From Podarcis gaigeae (lineage: Eukaryota), in assembly GCA_964106915.2 (NCBI GenBank), contig OZ066914.1: a DNA stretch of 64,000 bases; one strand, 5' to 3'. The translations under genes were made by a program, and so were the position numbers. Position 1 is the first letter of the stretch, and each line of letters begins with the position of its first letter. Under the pieces are notes generated by a model. The model was not told the DNA's origin and did not search any database. It was given only the letters and a program-made list of their open reading frames with translations. Below, piece by piece: positions 1 to 11,890 of this stretch.

Positions 1-744
1 TGACAGGTACCCCACCCCTCAGGCACACGAAGCAAGGGATGTGCCTCCTATCTTGCGCTTTTTTGACTGATGCAATAGTAGGACCGTTCAGAGAACTGCC
101 ATCACCTACCTCTGACTACCCATGGTGGGATTCACCTAACCAGGCCTGTCAGTGAAGGCCTTTTGCAAATACTTGTGCTTTTGCAATGGGGTTTTCTCAT
201 TTCTCATTTGTCTGCATGCCCACAGGGCTCCGAAAATTGAGACATGGGTTGGAACAAACTCTAGAACAGTGCACAGGAGGGAGAAGGGGGATTGTGAGCG
301 TGTGGCATTGAATTCCAGCCCCTATCTTTTGATCTAATTCTTTTCCTCCTGCCCTTAGCATATTTACTGGCTTTAAATGTTGTGAAGGTTTGCCCAAGTC
401 GTCTCTTGCTTCAGTATCTTTGTAACTTAGTTTTCTTATATCCTTCGCTGTCCTCAGCCTGTCCTACCGTGGGGTTTTAAACCAGCAATACTCATGTTCC
501 TTCACAGAAGTTGAACTGTAATCTACTTAGTTTTTGAGTAGCTCTATATTTGGTGCCACCACACCACCTCCGGGAGTTGAGGATGGAAGCTTTATTTATG
601 CGAGCTCAGTACAAAATAGATAGAATACACAATATGTTTGCAACTTTTCCTGCAAAAATTGCATTGGAACACAAACTGTTAGGAAAAGCTAGTACTGGCT
701 ATGGATTCCTAAACATTTTTTAAAGCCACCTATAATAGACAGAA

Positions 745-1095
745 GGGACGCGGGTGGTGCCGTGGGTTAAACCACAGAGCCTAGGACTTGCCGATCAAAA
801 GGTCGGTGGTTCAAATCCCCGCAACAGGGTGAGCTCCCGTTGTTCGGTCCCAGCTCCTGCCAACCTAGCAGTTTGAAAGCACGTCAAAGTGCAAGTAGAT
901 AAATAGGTACTGCTTCAGCAGGAAGGTAAACGTCGTTTCCATGCGCTGCTCTGGTTCGCCAAAAGCGGCTTAGTCATGCTGGCCACATGACCCGGAAGCT
1001 GTACGCCGGCTCCCTTGGCCAATAAAGCGAGATGAGCGCTGCAACCCCAGAGTTGGTCACGACTGGACCTAATGGTCAGAGGTCCCTTTGCCTTT
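745..1095 (+). mobile_element. Sauria-type SINE (tRNA-derived head, ACCTTT-like tail)
   Basis: GGGACGCGGGTGG head with B-box GGTTCAAATCCC; flanked by TATAATAGACA direct repeat (731-741 / 1095-1105); similar copies elsewhere in the window. Confidence 0.9.
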
Positions 1096-1169
1096 ATAAT
1101 AGACAAAGCTATAAAAAAAGGGATTCTGCAGAGATGCTTATACAGCTTCCTTGTTTTGTTTCCTTTCAG

Positions 1170-4100
1170 CATATTAAATAAGCTTACTCCTGAAAAGTTT
1201 GACAAGCTATGCCTTGAGCTCCTCAATGTGGGTGTAGAGTCTAAGCTCATCCTAAAGGGGATCATACTGCTGGTAAGTGAATATACACTTATTAGAAAAG
1301 TTATGATTAAAAAAAGTAATTGTTCTACCATGTAATGCAGGTGTAACATGGGGGGGGGGGGACAAGCTTGAAAGTTACACATCTAGAACAGCTTTAGCAC
1401 TGTTCCTCGCTTGATCCAGATTGGATAGAGCCCCTTATCTAATGTCCATTAAAGGGGATAGCAGGAGGGCTCAAAACATCACAGACCTTTTTATCCAATC
1501 CAATTATGCTTCTGTTGTGAAATAAAGTTGTTCTAAAGAGGAACTACACCCCAAATTAAATTTCTACAAACAGCAACTTTGGGTCTGGTCAGTGGTTGTC
1601 TGAGCAACCACTGTGTTTATCTGTGCTTGCAACCTTTATTCACTTAGCAAGTAGTGTTGCATTTTCATGAACTGGTACAATGATCCTTGTGACCACTCAT
1701 AAAAGAGACTTAAGTAAACCAGATTAGTTTGTAATTTGACTTGCATAAACAGAAAATGGTTATAACCCTTTTATAACTATTTGAGATGAAATACTATTGT
1801 AAATAATTTTAGTTCTTGGGAACAAAAATTTTCAGGTTTTTATCATTGCATTATCTTACATCTTGAGGAACAATTCTTGCACTATATTGGAGCAATGAGT
1901 GTAGCTCCACAGCAATATCCCAACCTCTGCATCCAGTTCTATGACAACATTGGATGGAGGGGGAGGCAAGAGTATGGTTATCTGGTATCCCACAACTGTC
2001 CTCGCCAGTTGAGAAACAACAAAATAATTTGCCTAGTATGGGGCACTGCTAAGGCAGTCTGGCAACCAGTCAAATAAAAGCCAGCTCTTTGCTTCTCTTA
2101 CTCATTGTGGGATCCCAGAGTTAGGGTATCTATGGGTGTGTGCTACAGTCACATCAAAGTAAGCCTTGTGCCTCTGAATTTAGCGAATAGCCAATATGCT
2201 TGCATTGCACTGATTGCTAACATTGGGAGGGGATAGGGAAAGGGTGGTGTTGAACCTGCAGCTGTGCACTTAGCATGAAGCAACATGGGATCTGCTGCTG
2301 CTGAGTTATTTATACTCTGGTTCTTCCAAGTAATTTGGGAAAGCCTTTTTCTCTAGATCGTAGACAAAGCCCTTGAAGAGCCAAAATATAGCTCGCTATA
2401 TGCTCAACTATGTCTGCGACTGGCAGAAGATGCACCCAACTTTGATGGCCCATCAGCAGAGTGTCATCCAGGACAGAAGCAAAGCACAGTGAGTACAAAC
2501 GTCTGTCAGACTAATGCCAATGTGAGAATTAGTTTTGTGTAACTACAAGGTGTTAAATTACTGTCTTTTTATTTCTAGACATTCAGACGCCTCTTAATTT
2601 CTAAACTTCAGGATGAATTTGAAAACCGCACCAGAAATGTTGATAGTAAGACTTCAAAATAATTTTAATGTAATTCCTGTTTTGCTTCATATGTTATGCA
2701 AACAGAACAACATCTCTTATCTCTCTCTTTTTTAAAGTCTATGATAAGCATGATGCCCCCCTCCTCCCCGAGGAGGAGGAACAGAGAGCCATTGCTAAGA
2801 TCAAGATGCTGGGAAACATCAAATTCATTGGAGAACTTGGCAAGCTTGATCTTATTCATGAATCTATCCTTCATAAGTGCATCAAAACAGTAAGTGGTGC
2901 TTTTTCTTCATTTAGGCAGAAAATTCTAATTATATGTGGAAGAATAACTGGCAACGTATTACATTGATATTTAGTTTAGTGAGATTTTATGTGACATGTA
3001 CTGAAATGGTAACAAAANNNNNNNNNNNNNNNNNNNNNNNNNNNNNNNNNNNNNNNNNNNNNNNNNNNNNNNNNNNNNNNNNNNNNNNNNNNNNNNNNNN
3101 NNNNNNNNNNNNNNNNNNNNNNNNNNNNNNNNNNNNNNNNNNNNNNNNNNNNNNNNNNNNNCTAGACCATGCAAAAGCCAAGGTAAGCATTGCCTAAATT
3201 GCGTAGGTTTGTTGCTGTCTTGTAGTTTTTATGTTTATGCTCTTAGGAAACAGTATAATGGTTTTGTTTGCTGTATTTTATTTATGGCAGCTTATTATTT
3301 TATACAGAAGTGTTGCTACGTCAGTCTGGAGTAGACATTGATGAACTTGCACTGTAAAACGTTCAGTAGTAAATAACTACTTTACAGCAGGACTGTTAAC
3401 TAGGAAAAATTAAAGGCCAGAACCAAGACATTTCCTCTGGTCTTATTTAGACTTGTACGTAGAATGTTCTGGTTCCAATCTCTGTATAAATTTTAAAGAA
3501 GCTTGCTTCTGATGATGTATGTTGTAAGCTGATGATGATGTATGTTGAATACACATTGCAAATTTCTCTCAACAGTCCTTAATGGATCAGTACTTTGCCC
3601 GTATGCGCTCCTTGATGATGAGTAAGGAATTGCCGGCAAGGATTCGTTTCCTGCTGCAGGTAAGAGCGTAAAATTGTTTATTTTGGCAGGTTATGTATTT
3701 TTGGCATATATCCTTGAACTTACTTTTCTGTTTCTTTATTATTTAAGGATACTGTGGAGTTGAGAGAACACCGTTGGGTTCCTCGCAAAGCTTTTCTTGA
3801 CAATGGACCAAAGACTATCAATCAAATCCGTCAAGATGCAGTGAAAGTACGTATTTATCTAGGCAATGCTGTACTTAGGTATATGGCTCAACAGACATGC
3901 TGCTGTCTGGTTGAGGAACCCTGCTGAATAGGATGAGCTGTGGTATTGGGAACGGGACGGTGGGGGGTATTACCTGAAAATCAGATGAAAACTGATTCCA
4001 TGGGCAGAGCTCACGCTCTAGTTGTCCCCACTCAGCTACTGGGAATCAGCTGTGCCATGTCACCCCATTCAGCTGGGGTTACTTGACCTTTGGGGTGGTG

Positions 4101-7100
4101 GGTTACCGACCGCAGTGAGGAGAGGCAGGGAGATTTGCTTCTATGAGCCTTTATTACATGTGCTTATATCTGGATCTATCCCAGTGGGTATCTACTTATC
4201 ATAGACTTGGGATCTCCTGTTTTAACTTAATTACATAATTTAACATTTTGTTTTTAAGGATCTGGGAGTTTTTATTCCTCCTCCTATGTCTCAAGGGATG
4301 AGAAGTGACTTCTTTCTGGAGGGACCGTTCATGCCACCCAGGATGAAACTTGACAGGGATCCACTTGGAGGGCTTGCTGATATGTTTGGACAAATGCCTG
4401 GTAATTCCTTCAACTTAGGAAGTAATAATATCTTTTCAATGCACTTTATGTAGCTATGTTAAGATACTGTAGGCTGATTGTTTGTTTTTTTTAAACAGGT
4501 AGCGGAATTGGTACTGGTCCAGGAGTTATTCAAGATAGATTTTCACCCACCATGGGGCGACATCGGTCAAATCAACTTTTCAATGGCCATGGGGGACACC
4601 TCATGGCCCCTGCTCAATCCCAGTTTGGAGAACTAGGCAAATCCTTTTTGAAAAATCCAGTAAGTGATCTTAGTGAAAGCAATACTACGCATCTGATTCT
4701 TGCAAATTCCTCTAAGAAGGATAAATAATTTAATACGTTGCTTAATGTTAAATAAGCTTCACAGAAGGCTCTTAACAATTAATTCTTTCCTACTCAAGTA
4801 GTAGGTTCCAAGGCTTTCTGTTCCACAATTGATAAAACTAAAATTCTGCCATCATTTGTCTGAAGTAACTATTGTATTTTATGAATCAGCATTAGTGGTT
4901 TTAAAGAGCTGTGAACCAAAAAGTTTCCAGGTCATGTTTCACCTCTGCCATGCTTGAGCAAGCCATTGCATCACACATATTTATACTCACTCTATCAAAA
5001 CGATCTCCAAAGTAGCTTAACATACATTACTTCCTTGCTTTGAAATGAATTGTTATTATCTCTTGATAGCGAAGATAATACTGACCTTAACAGTATTGTT
5101 GTAAAGAATGCACGTGAAGTACTTTAGACACTTAAAACTATATAAAAAGAGCAAGTACTGGGATGTGGTGGTCTTCATCTCCCTTTCACTCTCCTTGAAA
5201 ACAGGGGCAAAGCCAACTATACCATAATCAGAATCAGGGACTTCTATCCCAACAACAAGGGTCGTCCAAGGATATGCCGCCACGGTTTTCTAAGAAAGGA
5301 CAGCTTAATGCAGATGAGGTATACACTTAAGTCTGAACAGACTTGGTCCTAAATGAAATGCCCGATGATTATAAAAAGACGCGTTATTATGAGGACCAAT
5401 GCTGGAACTCCCTCCCTAACTTCTGCCTCTTAACTTTTTTCTCTTTTTTCTCTTTCCGCCTGCCCCTTTTCCTCTTCTTCCTTCTCCCCTCCCCCGGGAG
5501 TCTCCAGTGTCCTGTGAACAAGATTATGAGATATGAGGGCAATATGTTCATAAAGAAAGAGCAGTTGAAGTACACTGAAAATTTCAGATAATGGTTGGGG
5601 GCATAAAGGGCCATGGTAAAATGGCATCTCCCTCAAAACTAGTTCCCTACTTAGTCATGCTGTTGCTGAGGCTTATTAAATGCTTGTGGATACCGTGCAA
5701 CTCTCGCTACAACACTAACAGAACTCTTGCTACAGAATTCTTAACCTCTCCTCTCTCCACAGATTAGCCTGAGGCCTGCTCAATCTTTCCTAATAAACAA
5801 AAACCAAGTGCCAAAGCTTCAGCCCCAGATAACTATGATTCCTCCCAGTGCACAGCCACCACGTACTCAGACACCACCTTTGGGACAGGTAAAGTTACCC
5901 ATGGATGACAGCTGTGGTTAATGTTGTAGCTGGGTGGAAAGTTAGAGAATTATGACCACTTGCCTGGAGCATGTGGAATGCTGTCTCCAGGGAGGCTTGC
6001 ATGGCGCCTTCATTACATATCTTTAGGCACCAAGCAAAAACGTTCCTGTTCATGCAGGCATTTGACAAACAATCTATGGCCTTTTAAGCTGTGGCAGGGG
6101 GAGTATCACTTTTCTTAACTATTGTGTGTGCTGTTTGATATAACCCACCCAGATGAAGATGAAGGTATAGAAATTTTAATAGTAACATGGCAGCCCACTA
6201 CCTTTAATGTGGCTGTGGGGATTGAGAACACGGTATCCTGAATAAGACTCTCCATAAGAGAGTTGCAGCTTATATCTTCAGCAAGTCTGACCAAAAGCTT
6301 TTACAGCAGGACCCTTTTCTCCCCATGCTTGCTTGTTTGGGAGTATGTTGAAGTAAACTTGGAGACTTCTCTTGTGACCCTAAATTATGGAACTCGCTTT
6401 GCCACAGAGGTGTGCATGGTTTCCATGCTGTAAATTTCCAAGCATGTTTTAAAAACTTGAGCTGCTTCCCCCCTCCCTCCTCTGCCATGGGAAGCTAGAT
6501 CAGTTTGTTGTTTGCAGCTGGCCAACCCCTTAGATAATAGTTATGCTTCTGTGTTGGAACGTTTCCATACTGTTTTGCACCACCTTGGGTGCACCCTGCC
6601 CACGAAAGGTGACTTTTAAATGATTTTTTTGAACAGAACATGTGTGTGATTAGGCCTAATGGAAAACTGCTGGCTTTCATTGTGGAATTTTGGTCCTTTG
6701 TTGTGGATACTGTGGCCAAATAATTCAGAGTTTGAATCCAGCAACTTAAATTGTTTCTGAGTAAATAACACTTTGTCACTTGTTTAATTTTCTAATGAGG
6801 GCTTTTTACTTTTCAAGCCACCTCAGCTTGGTCTCAAGACAAATCCACCACTTATCCAGGAGAAACCTGCAAAGACAACTAAAAAGCCACCACCTTCTAA
6901 GGAAGAGTTGCTCAAAATGACAGTAAGTTTCACTAAGTATTCTTGTGCAGGCAGCTTCCAGCTTCCTATGGCTGTTACAGGAGTGGGCTTTTTCTTCTGT
7001 TTTATGGTCTAGCATGGTTTATTTGTGTTTTTAACTGTGTTATAAATCACTTTGAGACCTTTGGGTAACAAGTATAATAAATAATGCTGTCATTATTAAG

Positions 7101-9925
7101 AGCAAGCATTTTTCTCTTTCAGGAAACTGTTGTAACTGAATATCTGAACAATGGAAATGCCAACGATGCAGTCAATGGTGTGAGAGAAATGAGGGCGCCA
7201 AAACACTTTATCCCTGAGATGCTAAGCAAAGTAATACTTCAATCATTGGATCGATCAGATGAAGATAAAGAAAAAGCAAGTGCTCTGATCAATTTACTTA
7301 AGCAGGAAGGGATAGCCACTAGTGACAACTTCATGCAGGTACTATATTTGTAATAATTTTGAGCTCTTTTGTGGTCTCATTATATATATTGTGTTTTTTA
7401 ATCATTTTATTAAGCATCTTTCCCCCATTCATATACGTGATCCGTGTCTTAAAACTGAGTGGGATGTCTTATTTTAGTTAAGGGGTATCCATGGATAGGT
7501 TGTTCTGTCCACTGCTCACTCTACTGGGCAGGCTGATGCAGATTATGATACGTCCCTCTTCATAGCGGGATGGACAGCCCATCTCCTTGAGTACTTCCAG
7601 TCCAGATCTGCTGCTCTGTGCTCTCTCAAGGATATTATTCTCTTGTGGACTGCGTAATGGGCAGAGCCATAAACAAAAGTCCTTCCAGTTCCAAAAAAAA
7701 GGTGACATAAAAAGATTGGATCAGGAACAACCCTTTAACCTCAGGTCCTGGGGGAAAGTGCAGCCCTGTAGGCCTCAGCCTGGCCTTTGGGGCTCTTCTC
7801 CAGAAACACCACCTTCCCAAGTGGCCCTATTCTATACCTGGCTGAATTGTGTCCTTAAATTATAATAGTTCTAGATTGGCTCAATGGAGGTGTACAGAAA
7901 CCTGAGTTTTGTGTAGCTATACAAAAATTACATCCATAGCCCTGCCTGCTTTTTTTTCTTTTGGCAAAATGGCATTTGGCTCCCAATGTGAATAAAGGTT
8001 CCCCCCCCCCCCCCAGTTTTAAATGGCTTGGAAACTAGTAGGAAGGAAGGAACTTGGAGGTGGAAGCATGTAGCAGGCTCTGGATGCCCACTTGAATATT
8101 TGAGATCTCTAGACTTGTTCTTTGTTTACATTGTTTGACTGCCCTAATGTGTGGACATGTAATAAAAAGATAATGAATGCAAACAAATGTTTCTTTTTTT
8201 CTTTCAGGCATTCCTAAATGTATTGGACCAGTGTCCTAAACTGGAGGTAGACATCCCTCTGGTAAAATCCTATCTAGCACAGTTTGCAGCCCGTGCCATA
8301 ATCTCAGAACTAGTGAGCATCTCAGAACTAGCTCAACCATTGGAAAGTGGCACCCATTTCCCCCTCTTCTTGCTTTGCCTTCAGCAGTTAGCTAAGCTAC
8401 AGGACCGTGAATGGCTAACAGAACTCTTCCAACAGAGCAAAGTCAATATGCAGAAGATGCTGCCTGGTAAGGGAACAAAATGTTGTTTCATTTATTTTTA
8501 TTTTTCTAAGACTGTAACTGGGCCTAATACATAAAAAGTTGGGAAATAACACATTAAAGACTTAACTCTTCAAATTGTGAACAAAAGCAGGGATGGCCAC
8601 AACATTGGGTTAGGTGACAAGCCTGAATGTTAATTTGGATTTTTTTTTTCATAATTTGTTACAGAGATTGACCAGAATAAGGATCGTATGCTGGAGATCT
8701 TGGAAGGGAAAGGACTTAGCTTCTTGTTTCCACTTCTAAAACTGGAAAAGGAGCTCTTAAAGCAAATAAAGTTGGATCCATCCCCTCAAGCGATCTATAA
8801 ATGGATTAAAGACAACATTTCACCGAAACTTCATGTAGATAAGGGATTTGTTAATATTTTGATGACCAGGTAAGATGCACATCTTAAAGCAGTTCTGTAC
8901 CATGAATGTCCTTGCTTTAAGTAGGTGTGCTTTATAATATGTGGGGTTAATATTGGGGTTCACAAATCTCTTAAATTCATAATTTATATCAAGGAGTCCT
9001 TGCTAGTCTTTCGAAATATAGTGCATGTCTTCTTGCAGGGACAGTGGTTGTCTATAAACAGTTGAGTCAAACGTATGCTATTGTTTCAGTTTCTTGCAGT
9101 ATATTTCTAGTGAAGTAAACCCACCTAATGATGAACCAGATTCTTCATCTGCTCCTTCTAAAGAGCAGTTGGAGCAAGAAAAACAGCTGCTTCTTTCCTT
9201 TAAGCCGGTAATGCAGAAGTTCCTTCATGACCATGTTGATCTACAAGTGAGTGCCCTGTATGCGCTCCAAGTGCACTGCTACAACAACAATTTCCCAAAA
9301 GGTATGGATTCAATCTTCTGTTTCTCCATGCAGGAGAAAGCACTTGAGCCTCATCTTGTTATGTGAGGGTTTGGGGAGAATTCTAGCAAACGTGTGCACT
9401 GCAATCTGCACTAGTGGTGTTTTTTAATAATAATAATAATAATAATTGCGCTTGATTTGTTTTTAGGCATGTTATTGCGCTTCTTTGTTCATTTCTATGA
9501 TATGGAAATCATTGAAGAAGAAGCTTTTCTGGCATGGAAAGAAGACATTACTCAAGAGTTTCCAGGGAAGGGCAAAGCTTTGTTCCAGGTAAACCATCTC
9601 TTTGTAATCTCTTTAATTTGCTGCTACGACAAGTTCTATAGTTGGAATTTATTTGAAGTATTTGAACCCTGTAAAGTTGGCAAACGAGGGCTTTGGAATC
9701 TGCCTTGCCAACAAATTCAAAATTTTGATTTATATAAAGTTAAAAGGATTAAATTTACTTTTCTTTGATTTGTAGTATGTGGTGATTTAATAATGTGCAG
9801 GGCCAGTCTCCATGAATATGTGATAAACCATTTGTCATTCTTGACTGTTAATGTTATAACGGCCTAATTACAGGTAAACCAGTGGCTGACCTGGCTGGAA
9901 ACTGCTGAGGAAGAAGAATCTGAGG
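1170..9925 (+). CDS. EIF4G2: Eukaryotic translation initiation factor 4 gamma 2 (DAP5/p97/NAT1); 5'-partial multi-exon CDS with the stop codon hidden in an N run
   Basis: GT-AG exons: 1170-1272 (ILNKLTPEKFDKLCLELL), 2357-2488, 2579-2645, 2738-2889 (KMLGNIKFIGELGK), N run-3182, 3576-3659, 3748-3846, 4259-4400, 4499-4659, 5205-5318, 5763-5888, 6818-6922, 7123-7338, 8208-8466, 8665-8869, 9090-9301, 9467-9588, 9874-N run (VNQWLTWLETAEEEESE). MIF4G, MA3 and W2 domain peptides are recognisable as EIF4G2. Confidence 0.98.
3018..3161. other. N run covering most of an EIF4G2 coding exon
   Basis: 144 N; the exon tail LDHAKAK followed by a GT donor emerges at 3162-3182. Confidence 0.95.
5359..5541 (+). 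ncRNA. SNORD97: Box C/D snoRNA SNORD97 (U97) in an EIF4G2 intron
   Basis: Terminal stem TGCCC...GGGCA; 5' end CCCGATGATTATAAAAAGACGCGTTATT; 3' end AGATTATGAGATATGAGGGCA; central pyrimidine tract. Matches my recollection of SNORD97, whose host gene is EIF4G2. AGATTATGAGA is complementary to the elongator tRNA-Met anticodon loop (TCTCATAATCT). Confidence 0.93.
5960..6065 (+). mobile_element. Degraded L2-like LINE 3' fragment
   Basis: TGGAATGCT...AAAACGTTCCTGTTCATGCAGGCATTT resembles the end of L2 ORF2; short and decayed. Confidence 0.45.
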
Positions 9926-10064
9926 NNNNNNNNNNNNNNNNNNNNNNNNNNNNNNNNNNNNNNNNNNNNNNNNNNNNNNNNNNNNNNNNNNNNNNNNNNN
10001 NNNNNNNNNNNNNNNNNNNNNNNNNNNNNNNNNNNNNNNNNNNNNNNNNNNNNNNNNNNNNNNN
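9926..10064. other. N run covering the EIF4G2 stop codon and start of the 3' UTR
   Basis: 139 N directly after ...EEESE. Confidence 0.95.
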
Positions 10065-10690
10065 AGGACTTGCTTCTGCATAAGGGTTTTTGTAGTACGT
10101 CTTAATCATAGTCTACCATAAAAATATTTTAGAGTATATTTAATGTTTAGATAACAGTGTATTAGCAGCATGCAATAATTACATCATAAGTTCAGAAGCA
10201 GTCTGTGTAAGGATCTTCTTTGATGCCAGTTACCATAGGCTGTTCGTTAGAAATCTGAATAGCAACACTGAATACTGTAGAAATGCACTTTGCTCAGTGT
10301 AATACTTGAGTTGTTGCAATATTTGATTATCCATTTGGTTGTTACAGAGAATCCTTAACTGTAATCGATGGTGGTTGCCGTAATAGTATATTGCCTGTAT
10401 TTCTACCTCTAGTAATGGGCTTTATGTGCTAGATTTTAATATCTTTGAGCCTGGGCAAGTGCACAAGTCTTTTTAAAAAGAAACATGGTTTACTTGCACA
10501 AAATTGATCATTTTGAAGAGGTGGATAAATGCCCTTGGAAGTGGTCTTTGTGGGTGTGAAATAAAATGGTGAGAAACTGAATTGGTCCCTATTATAGTAT
10601 TGAAATTAAGTCTACTTAATTTATCAAGACATGTTCATGCCCTGATTTTATATACTTGTATCTATCAATAAACATTGTGATACTTGAATA
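10065..10690 (+). promoter_or_regulatory. EIF4G2: EIF4G2 3' UTR with AATAAA polyadenylation signal at 10667-10672
   Basis: Follows the last coding exon; AATAAACATTGTGATACTTG; seed matches ACTGTAGA at 10274-10281 and GCACTTT at 10285-10291. Confidence 0.8.
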
Positions 10691-11401
10691 TCTGTTGAAA
10701 TGGCTGCTCTTTAAAATTTGTTTGCCAAAGAAAATAGATATTGAAGCTGGAATTACTTGACAGGCTTTCTGAGTGGTCCCCATTCTTTGTGTAATCTGAA
10801 TGAAGACAAACATGCTTGGGAGGGTGCACTAGCATGCCATAATGCATGCTTTAGAATAATCTATAGGGCTGGAGTGCAAGTGGCATGTATTTAAGCTCTT
10901 GATGAGTCTAGCAGCTTCTAGAACATTGGTCAAAAATTAGTTTGAGGGACCGGCAGGATTTAAGCGTGCAGGTACATCCTTACAATTCCCCGATCATTGC
11001 CTCGTGATACCACAGGTTGTAGCAACAGCCACTACCTTAAATGGCTTACTTTGAAAAAGCATTTGCTTTATCCTGCATGTAACTCCCAATATATTGGCTT
11101 CTGGGGGACAATGTGAAAATAATCATGGCGCTGCTCAAAGCCATCTGGTTAACTTGGTGGAAACAACTGTGGAAGACAAAAAAATTGTCTGATCCAGCAA
11201 CAGCTTCTTATTTCACAAAAATAAAAAGCAACTGCAAATAATCACCAGGAGTCTAAAACATGCTAATACTGTGTAGCAAACTAAATTGTGCCTGCATAGT
11301 TTTCCTAAATCTATTCAAAGGTTGGCTTTTTCATTTTAAAGCAAGAGACATTTTTATGTCCTGTTTTGGCCAATGGATGCTCTTGTTCAACTGTCTAAAC
11401 C

Positions 11402-11890
11402 CTAGGCAGGCAGAAGACCCTCTGAGGTGGACCTCAGTGTCTGGGCTGAATGATGGGGATGGAGATGCTCCTTCAGGTATACTGGGCTGAGGCCATTTAG
11501 GGCTTTAAAGGTCAGTACCAATGCTTTGAGTTGCGCTCGGAAACTTATTGGGAGCCAGTGAAGGTCATTTAGGACCAGTGTTATATGGTCCCAGCAGCCA
11601 CTGGGTCTAGTCACCAGTCTAGCTGTCACATTTTGGATTAGTTGTAGTTTTGGAGTCACCTTCAAAGGAGCATATTGCAGTAGTAGTCCCAAGTTGAAGA
11701 TAACCAGAGCATGAGCCACTCCGGGAAAATGGTGCGCCAGCAGGTAGGGTTCTGCTTGCGCACCAGATGGAGCTGGTAGACAGCTGCCCTGGACCCAGAA
11801 GTGACCTGTGCCACCATGGACAGGTGTGAGTCCAAAATGACTCCCAGGCTGCACACCTGGTCCTTCAGGGGCACAGTTATCCCATTCAAT
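11402..11890 (-). mobile_element. L2/CR1-clade LINE ORF2 C-terminal fragment (frameshifted)
   Basis: Translations LGVILDSHLSM and KLQLIQNVTARLV...DHITLVLNDLHWLPISFRAQLKALVLTFKALNGLSPVYL are typical of L2 ORF2 ends. Confidence 0.85.

Noticed and set aside
5387-5636. Lys/Arg-rich - strand ORFs
   Set aside because: They are the antisense reading of the SNORD97 pyrimidine tract.
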